Shown here in pieces: positions 57,432 to 64,000 of a DNA stretch of 64,000 nucleotides (position 1 is its first letter; each line of letters opens with the position of its first letter). The translations under genes were made by a program, and so were the position numbers. Source of the stretch: an uncultured Desulfospira sp. (GTDB taxonomy: Bacteria > Desulfobacterota > Desulfobacteria > Desulfobacterales > Desulfobacteraceae); NCBI GenBank assembly GCA_963663165.1, contig OY760175.1, forward strand, positions 5,024,001 through 5,088,000, read 5' to 3'. Under the pieces are notes generated by a model. That model did no database searches and was not told where the DNA came from. It saw only the letters and a list, made by a program, of their open reading frames with translations.

Positions 57432-58577
57432 CTATCTCAAGGCCCCGCTTTCAAGGCTCTCGATAAAGGCCTGCACACGGGTATTGATCTGGCCGTACCC
57501 CCTGGACAGGTATTCCCGGTCAAGAATCAGCAAGGGGGTGCCGTCCGACTTTGCCTTCCGGTTAAACACAAAGGTGTGACCCGAGTTGAGAATGCAGTGA
57601 TTGAGCCGTTGAACAATATATCCGTTGGTGTTGTAGTCTGGGCTGATTTTTTTAAGGTTTTCGTACCGCTTGTCCATACTGGCTTCCATCCGGGCACAGG
57701 GCATTCTGAAAAAGTAGCGCTGAGCAATGCTGGTGAGGGGATCGCCGTCTTCAGCCACCGGTTCTTCATAATACCGGGCACCAAAACAGGTATCTTCATA
57801 AACCACAAGGGCGCCCTGGTTTTCGATGGCGGCCACCAATTCAGGTTCATCCATTTCACCGCCGGTGATGGCCAGCCGCGCCCGGATTTTGCGGGTTTCT
57901 CCCGGTGCGGTTTCAAGGGCCTTGAGCAAGTCTTCAAGCAGGCGGTTGTACGGTTCAAGGGGCATTACCTGGGCCGCAATGGTCACGGCACTGGCCTGGG
58001 CACCGGTAAGGGGCGGATCGGGCCGTTTTAAAAGGTCATGGAGAAAGGACAGATTCTTTCGAACCCCATTGTGAATCTTGATGGCTTTGGACAGTTTTTC
58101 AGGATCAATTTTAACGTCAAAATGGGCTTGAAGGGCGACCACCAGGTTCTTTAACTCCTCAAGGTAAAAGGCAAAGTTATTCTGATCCTGGGTGCGGGGA
58201 ACCGAAATAACCCTGCAAAACTCGGTGTCTGTCTTCTTTTCCCAGATATCATAGGCCCTTCTGCTCTGATCACACCCGTTGGTGGCCACAAGGGCGTCAA
58301 TAAACCCGAACCGGCCGTCCAGGGCCAGGTTGGACGTGTGCCGGATAAAGGAACACAGATAGGGGCTCAGATAGACATCGGCATCGGCGGTGTCCTCGCT
58401 GCCGGCCCCCCGGATCCGGTAAGGCGCCATGCCCGCAGCCGTGAAAATTTCCCCCGGCACAAGAGAACAATAGCATCCCGCCACTTTGCCCCCGGAAGAT
58501 ATCCACTCGGCCATATGGGGGTTAAGCGGCTGTTCCAGGGCATCTTGAAAAATCTGGATGATCTCGTCTTTTTCCAT
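57432..58577 (-). CDS. 2-hydroxyacyl-CoA dehydratase / benzoyl-CoA reductase family subunit (beta-like, Cys-rich)
   Basis: CYCSLVP.E, LCSFI, GCDQ, EDTCFG, PCARM, NHC, GQINTRVQAFIE. Confidence 0.85.
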   Translation of the reverse strand: MEKDEIIQIFQDALEQPLNPHMAEWISSGGKVAGCYCSLVPGEIFTAAGMAPYRIRGAGSEDTADADVYLSPYLCSFIRHTSNLALDGRFGFIDALVATNGCDQSRRAYDIWEKKTDTEFCRVISVPRTQDQNNFAFYLEELKNLVVALQAHFDVKIDPEKLSKAIKIHNGVRKNLSFLHDLLKRPDPPLTGAQASAVTIAAQVMPLEPYNRLLEDLLKALETAPGETRKIRARLAITGGEMDEPELVAAIENQGALVVYEDTCFGARYYEEPVAEDGDPLTSIAQRYFFRMPCARMEASMDKRYENLKKISPDYNTNGYIVQRLNHCILNSGHTFVFNRKAKSDGTPLLILDREYLSRGYGQINTRVQAFIESLESGALR

Positions 58578-58587
58578 GTAAACCTCC

Positions 58588-59349
58588 TTAATTTGGGATC
58601 AAAAAATGAACCATCTGCCGGACTGATTTCAATACGGGTGAATCCGGTGCCAGATCGAAAATGGGTTTGCCCAGGGTATCGTTGTTTCTTAAGACATCAT
58701 CTTCGGGAACGGTTCCCCACACCGGAATGCCGGTATGGGCCATCTGCTCTAAAATGGGGGCATGCTCCTGTTCCCGGAACCGGTTGAAAACCATGCCCAC
58801 AGCGGTTTCCATCTTCATCTGGGAGGTCATTTCACGGATCAGTTCCAGGGAGTGCAGGCTTCGGCAGGAGCCGTCAATGACCGCCGCAATATGGCTGACG
58901 CCGGCCAGAACCTCCCGGTTGATCTGCTCAAGGCCGGCTTCGGCATCCACGACCACGCAGTCGTAGTTGTCGGCCATCTTCTTGACGGACCGCCGCAATA
59001 AGGTGTTCACCGGACAGAAACAGCCCCGGGTCCGGGACCTGCCCATGGCCATGAAACTGAAGTCCCCGGTTTCAATCAAAGACTCCAGAACCAGGTACTC
59101 CATGGCATCGGCGATCTCTTCGGGTTCGTTCCCGGTCCTGGCCTGGTCAATGATATCCCGGCGGACACTGGCCAGGGTCTTGATGTCGGCTTTGAGTCCG
59201 AGAATAAACGATAAGCCCATGGCCGGGTCCGCGTCGATGGCGAGAACTTCATGACCCATGGCGGAAAGGGTTCTGACCAGTGCGCCGCTGGTGACGGTTT
59301 TCCCCACCCCGCCTTTACCGCAGACGGCAATAATGGTTCCTTTTTTCAT
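58588..59349 (-). CDS. CooC/AcsF-like nickel-insertion ATPase
   Basis: GKGGVGKT, IDADP, GCFC (CxC), DAEAGLEQ. Confidence 0.85.
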   Translation of the reverse strand: MKKGTIIAVCGKGGVGKTVTSGALVRTLSAMGHEVLAIDADPAMGLSFILGLKADIKTLASVRRDIIDQARTGNEPEEIADAMEYLVLESLIETGDFSFMAMGRSRTRGCFCPVNTLLRRSVKKMADNYDCVVVDAEAGLEQINREVLAGVSHIAAVIDGSCRSLHSLELIREMTSQMKMETAVGMVFNRFREQEHAPILEQMAHTGIPVWGTVPEDDVLRNNDTLGKPIFDLAPDSPVLKSVRQMVHFLIPN

Positions 59350-60128
59350 GTCTTTCCTTTGTAAAATTGCGGTGATGATCGTCCATGGTTTTCAACCGCC
59401 TTCCGGCGGGCCGCGGCAACGGCTTCCCTGAGGACGTCACAGGTCGCATTTTCCGGGCAGTCCGTGCAATCCAGGCCGGTTTCACATGCCATTTTATCAA
59501 TGAGTTCTTCCCGGTACCGGTCGCTGCGCTCCCGGGCCTGTCTCTGGGCCACCGGCTTGAACCGTTCAACCCGTTCCCTCTCCCCGGCCGTGAAGATGAC
59601 CTCAGCCTTTTTATGGCCGTGTCCATTGGTTTTTATATGGGTGATGATATGTTGGCCGATGGTGTTCAGGGTGAGCCCGTCAGCCATTGCATCGGCTTTA
59701 AGCCGCAGCCAGATCCGGCCTGAAGTCATCCGGACCATGACACCGTCGATACGGTTGGCGGACAGGACGTGTTTGCTCAGATCCCGTCGGAGGGTTTCCG
59801 TGACTTTGGCCGCACTGGTCAGCAGGATCAGGGAAAGGGAATGCCGTCCGGCAGGCAGTTCAGACAAAGGCTTTCCGATGGTGACCACCCGGCCGTCCTG
59901 TATCAGATCCTCCTGATCCGTGACCATTCCCATGAAAATAGAGGCGGTCGCCGGATGGCCAAGTTCCAGTCCGACGGTATTGGCCGTGATGAAACCGGTT
60001 TGCGGTGCACCGGCCGTGGAGGCCGTGCCGCCGGCTGGCGCGGATGAGACCTGAAGGCCGGCCCCCTCTTTGGCCAGTGCTGCTTCAATTTCCCTGATCT
60101 GCGCTATAAAGTAATCCTGATTCAACAT
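59346..60128 (-). CDS. Stand-alone acetyl-CoA synthase middle-domain-like protein with C-terminal four-Cys motif
   Basis: ELG...DGRVVTIG...DGVM...IWLRL..DA...G..L..IG pattern recalls ACS/CdhC; C-x5-C-x2-C-x5-C tail. Confidence 0.5.
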   Translation of the reverse strand: MLNQDYFIAQIREIEAALAKEGAGLQVSSAPAGGTASTAGAPQTGFITANTVGLELGHPATASIFMGMVTDQEDLIQDGRVVTIGKPLSELPAGRHSLSLILLTSAAKVTETLRRDLSKHVLSANRIDGVMVRMTSGRIWLRLKADAMADGLTLNTIGQHIITHIKTNGHGHKKAEVIFTAGERERVERFKPVAQRQARERSDRYREELIDKMACETGLDCTDCPENATCDVLREAVAAARRKAVENHGRSSPQFYKGKT

Positions 60129-60203
60129 TATGGCTGTCCTGCCGGTTCCGGTGGTTAATCCCCAAATGGTTTAAGGGGCAGCAATGGATATACGGGGATA
60201 TTA

Positions 60204-60219
60204 TGAAAGAAACATGCCA
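60204..60219 (-). promoter_or_regulatory. Variant sigma-54 promoter
   Basis: Minus strand TGGCATGtttcTTTCA (GG-N10-TC). Confidence 0.4.
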
Positions 60220-60526
60220 TGCCTTGCCAAATTAGACGGGATCAGGTGAAATAATATGGGCATTATCCCTGAAAAGTAATGATCATGTGAGGCTGACGGC
60301 CGGACTTGGCTGCCATTAAAAAGATGTTTGAGTGAAGACAAAGAAGACCCCTCAGAGCAAAAGAACAACTTATATTGATACGGCCCTCATGCAACGGAAC
60401 ACCCGGCTTGGTCTGCCGGTTTTCATCTCAGGCCGGAGTGACCGTGACCGGGTCAGCCATGGGCGTCGGGAAAGCTTACACCAGACATCGATTGCCATCG
60501 GGCCGTTTCCGTTAGGTCAGGTGCTT

Positions 60527-60560
60527 ATCAAGATTTCTTGATAGATTAAGAAATCTTGAT
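60527..60560. promoter_or_regulatory. Tandem palindromic enhancer sites
   Basis: ATCAAG-attt-CTTGAT then ATTAAG-aaat-CTTGAT, 18-bp period. Confidence 0.65.
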
Positions 60561-60611
60561 CATCCATGAGGCAGGCATACGGCCAAGGTCGGGCATAGGG
60601 CTTTGAAGGGC

Positions 60612-62039
60612 TTATTTTCGTTTCAGGCGCTGGTTCAGGGCCTGGGGGGTGATGCCCAGGATCCGGGCGGCCTGGCGCTGGTTGTCGTTGGATCTTCGCA
60701 GGGCTTCAGCAATCAGATCCCGGGTTAAATCCTTGATTGTGGGAAGCGGGGCCAGTTGCGACAGCCATGGCCGGCTGTTCACCGTGGCCGGGCAGCGCTC
60801 CTCAGACAAAGTGTCCGGCAGGCGATGGCCGCCTTTTTTAATGGTATTGATAAACAGATCGGCGGGGATGACATCGGCCTGGTTTATGCCCACGGCATCA
60901 TAAACCATTGATTTGAACTCCCGGATGTTGCCGGGGAAATGGTAGTGAGAGAGGATGGACAACAGCCTGGCATCAAAGGACGGCGGATCTTTTTCAAACT
61001 CCTGTGATGCCGAGGCAATGCAAAATTCCAGCAGCAGCGGCAGGTCGTCGAGCCTTTCGCGCAGGGGTGGAATATGGATATGGTGGGTTTTGAGCCTGAA
61101 AAATAAATCCTTTCGGAAGGCCCCTGATTTAACCAGTTCGGGAAGATCTTTATGGGTGGCAAACAAAAACCGTGCGTCCGTGGCCCTGGCCGTATCCGCC
61201 CCTAAAGGAAAATATTCATGCTTATCTAGAAGGCGAAGCAGTTTCACCTGGGACAGCAAAGACAGATCTCCAATTTCATCCAGAAAAAGGCACCCGCCCC
61301 CGGCCCTTTCAATGCATCCCTGGCGAATACTGGCAGCCCCGGTAAACGCCCCTTTGATGTGGCCGAAAAGGGTGTCGGAAAACACATTGTCATCGAGTCC
61401 GGCCACGTTGACGGAAACCATCTTCTGTTTGCGGCCGCTCACGGAATGGATGGCTTCAGCCATGAGCTCCTTGCCCACACCGGTCTCTCCGGTGATCAGT
61501 ATGGGATGGTTCCCTTTTCCGATGGCCTCGCAATATTTGAAAATAGACATCATTTTGGGATTTCGGGTAATGATGTGGTCAAAGGCTTCCGGGTTCTGGA
61601 GGGTATCGGAAAGAAAATGCTCGGTGAGCCGCATGTTTTCCCGCCGCAGCTGCCGAAGTTCAATGGCTTTTTCAACAGCGGCCACCAGCCGTTTGCTGTC
61701 AACGGGTTTGAGCACATAGTCAAAGGCGCCTGCCTGCATGCACCGGACGGCGGTCTCCACCTCGTTGAGCCCGGTGACCATGAAAACCGGAATGTATGGA
61801 AAGTGTTCAACGATTTGCTTTAAGACCGACTCGCCGGTCAGGCCGGGCATGATAATGTCCAGCAGGACCACTTCGACTTCCCGGGTGTTCAGGATATCCA
61901 TTACCTTGGCGCTGTCCCGGCACAGGATAATGTTGTTCAAACCGTGGGACCGGAAGGAGAGCTCAAAGCTTTTTAAGGCATGCTCTTCGTCATCTACCAC
62001 GATGATGGGAAAATCGGGTTTGCTGCGTTCCTGTTGCAC
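60612..62039 (-). CDS. NtrC-family sigma-54-dependent response regulator
   Basis: REC (VDDE, DIIMP), GETGVGKE, GAFTGA, LDEIGD, FPGNIREF, Fis-type HTH. Confidence 0.95.
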   Translation of the reverse strand: MQQERSKPDFPIIVVDDEEHALKSFELSFRSHGLNNIILCRDSAKVMDILNTREVEVVLLDIIMPGLTGESVLKQIVEHFPYIPVFMVTGLNEVETAVRCMQAGAFDYVLKPVDSKRLVAAVEKAIELRQLRRENMRLTEHFLSDTLQNPEAFDHIITRNPKMMSIFKYCEAIGKGNHPILITGETGVGKELMAEAIHSVSGRKQKMVSVNVAGLDDNVFSDTLFGHIKGAFTGAASIRQGCIERAGGGCLFLDEIGDLSLLSQVKLLRLLDKHEYFPLGADTARATDARFLFATHKDLPELVKSGAFRKDLFFRLKTHHIHIPPLRERLDDLPLLLEFCIASASQEFEKDPPSFDARLLSILSHYHFPGNIREFKSMVYDAVGINQADVIPADLFINTIKKGGHRLPDTLSEERCPATVNSRPWLSQLAPLPTIKDLTRDLIAEALRRSNDNQRQAARILGITPQALNQRLKRK

Positions 62040-62361
62040 TGATCTTTATGCCCTTTCAATTCTTTGTCATGGCCCACCAGTATCTTAAACGGTGTCATCC
62101 TTTAAGTTCTGTTTGATCCGTCTTGAGCGCAGGGACTGGTTCAATATCCGTTTGAAGCTTGATCGGCAACAGATATAATATAGTTGCCATCTCCGTGCAA
62201 CCATCGATTCACCGCCTTACGGCGGTATCCGGTTTCAGGGGTATGCCGCTGAAGCGCTTAATTCAGACGGGTGATTTAATGCCAACAAGAGACAACGGCA
62301 TACCCGGGAAAAATTCAATTACCCCCCGGCAAACGCCGATTCACAAACCGGCCGGAAAAGT

Positions 62362-62718
62362 TTATTCTCCCCCGTCATAGGCTTCCATCCCCCCCAGTAT
62401 GGTGAACTCACCCACCCATTTGGTAAACCATTGGGCAAAAAATTCTTTTTGAAATTTTTCAGACTCGCGGTCCTTATTGAGTGCCTCCATGCTGTGCACG
62501 TTCATAATACCGATATATTGATAAGGAGACGGTGCGGGTTCAGGAAATTTACCGGTTTCGCCGTTGCCCTGGACCCCGCCCAATATTTTCACCAAGGTAA
62601 AACCGGCAACCGAATCCAGACCTGTCAGCAGCGGGCCTTTATATTCCCGGCACCATGCTTCATAATCTTCTGGGCTCACATCCTTTTTCAGATTGTATAA
62701 AATGATTTCCTTTGCCAT
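62362..62718 (-). CDS. Small EthD/REDY(HapK)-like dimeric alpha-beta barrel protein
   Basis: YNLKKDVSPEDYEAW...PYQYI; AGGAGG RBS. Confidence 0.55.
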   Translation of the reverse strand: MAKEIILYNLKKDVSPEDYEAWCREYKGPLLTGLDSVAGFTLVKILGGVQGNGETGKFPEPAPSPYQYIGIMNVHSMEALNKDRESEKFQKEFFAQWFTKWVGEFTILGGMEAYDGGE

Positions 62719-62859
62719 CCGTTCCTCCTTTTTGATTTTGCCCTTCTAAGGCAGATTGTTTTGTTTGTCCATCACGCCGGTTAGACGATCTCCGGTATGA
62801 TACCTTGAACATACGGTGTGGCGGGCCCTTGGCCTGCCGACAACGAATATTGACAGAAA

Positions 62860-62875
62860 AGCAAAAATTAGACCA
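62860..62875 (-). promoter_or_regulatory. Sigma-54 promoter
   Basis: Minus strand tGGtctaatttTTGCt, GG-N10-GC. Confidence 0.55.
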
Positions 62876-62960
62876 TTGTGGTCTATTGATAATAATTGTG
62901 TTTATTTTCAATTGGATATAAAAACAGCGCGGCCCAATGAAAATGAAACTTGATGATTAT

Positions 62961-62976
62961 ATCAAGAAAACTTGAT
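62961..62976. promoter_or_regulatory. Palindromic enhancer site between divergent sigma-54 promoters
   Basis: ATCAAG-aaaa-CTTGAT. Confidence 0.65.
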
Positions 62977-63087
62977 ACTTTAGCGGCCGCTGTATCCTTC
63001 TGCCGGCCATCAGCCGCATGGTCATTTCTCTTATTTTAATGGTAACTGTTTGTTATCATTCGGGTATGTAGTTTCCGCCTGATTTTC

Positions 63088-63103
63088 TGGCATACATATT
63101 GCT
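63088..63103 (+). promoter_or_regulatory. Sigma-54 promoter
   Basis: TGGCATAcataTTGCT, near consensus. Confidence 0.75.
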
Positions 63104-63230
63104 GTGACATGGGCATGTTGCCATTATGGCAGGCCGGTTGTTTTCGGCCCAAAGCGGTTGTGATGTGCCAGCGTTAAATTATAACGGAAAAAATAATTAA
63201 AACAGTAACTTTAGTGAATGGAGGAAGCCA

Positions 63231-64000
63231 ATGAGTGACTATCAGATGCTGATTAACGGAAAGTGGGTGGATGCGGTCTCATCAGAGCAGTTTGATGATT
63301 TTAACCCCTATACCGGCCAGGTGTATGCCACCGTAGCAAAAGGGAGTGAAAGCGATGCCAAGCTTGCCATGGAAGCCGCCTTTAACGCCAGAAAGGCCTG
63401 GGCCGCCGTACCGCCCCCTGAGCGGTCGGCCATCTTATTTACCGCAGCGGATCTTATGGAAAAACAGATGATGGAGTTTTCTCAGATCCTTATCCACGAG
63501 GCCGGCAGCACCTTTGGGAAAAGCATGTTTGAAATCTCCCAGACCATTGACCTGTTAAGGACGGCCGCCGGTGACTGCAAAGCCGTCAAGGGGGAGACCT
63601 TCCAGACCGATTCGGGGAAACTGTCCATGACCATCCGCTCCCCTAAAGGGACGGTGGTGGGCATCAGCCCCTGGAATTTTCCTTTGATTTTATCCATGTT
63701 CAAGGCGGCCTACGCCGTTGGCACCGGCAACACGGTGGTATTGAAACCGGCCAGCGAAACCCCGGTGATCGGGCTTAAGATCGGCAAACTGTTTGAAGAG
63801 GCCGGCCTGATGCCGGGGGTCCTGAACGTGATCACGGGCCCTGGAAGCGTTATCGGGGATGCCCTGGTGGAAAGCCCGTACTGCTCCATGGTCTCCCTGA
63901 CCGGGGAGACCGCCACGGGCATGCATGTGGCCCAGCTGGCCGCCAAACACGGCAAAGATTACCACCTGGAGCTGGGAGGAAAGAACCCGCTGATCATACT
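63231..64000 (+). CDS. Aldehyde dehydrogenase (3' end outside the window; not in the ORF track)
   Basis: GGAGG RBS; MSDYQMLINGKW...ISPWNFP...GNTVVLKPAS...LTGET...LELGGKNP. Confidence 0.95.
   Translation, partial: MSDYQMLINGKWVDAVSSEQFDDFNPYTGQVYATVAKGSESDAKLAMEAAFNARKAWAAVPPPERSAILFTAADLMEKQMMEFSQILIHEAGSTFGKSMFEISQTIDLLRTAAGDCKAVKGETFQTDSGKLSMTIRSPKGTVVGISPWNFPLILSMFKAAYAVGTGNTVVLKPASETPVIGLKIGKLFEEAGLMPGVLNVITGPGSVIGDALVESPYCSMVSLTGETATGMHVAQLAAKHGKDYHLELGGKNPLII

Overview
This is a 64-kb bacterial chromosome segment, most likely from an anaerobic deltaproteobacterium of the Desulfobacteraceae type (inferred from gene content: fused HisHF, many sigma-54 systems, TRAP/TonB islands). Layout: (1) 1-6.7 kb amino-acid catabolism genes and ssb. 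(2) About 6.9-33.6 kb accessory region: an autotransporter, an SNase-type nuclease, and two mirror-image AraC/TonB-receptor modules. One receptor is split by a 2,473-bp Mutator-like IS carrying a DUF4338/Mom-like passenger, and an IS1634 lies between the modules. Then zinT, a methyltransferase, a binding protein, and an RtcR-like CARF sigma-54 activator facing an AprAB-like flavoprotein/ferredoxin plus TRAP operon instead of rtcBA. (3) 33.6-49.6 kb housekeeping genes: prmA, mnmE, jag, yidC, yidD, rnpA, rpmH, rng, radical SAM, asnS, hisHF. (4) 49.6-64 kb sigma-54-controlled catabolic island: acyl-CoA dehydrogenase, outer-membrane channel, PAS kinase, ACS-like plus CooC-like plus 2-hydroxyacyl-CoA dehydratase/benzoyl-CoA reductase-family genes, an NtrC-type regulator and an aldehyde dehydrogenase, sharing an ATCAAG-N4-CTTGAT palindrome. 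A tandem 92-bp structured repeat with compensatory changes occurs twice, 34 kb apart, each time in the sense orientation between co-oriented genes. No tRNA, rRNA or CRISPR array was seen. Family calls come from motif recognition by eye, not database searches.
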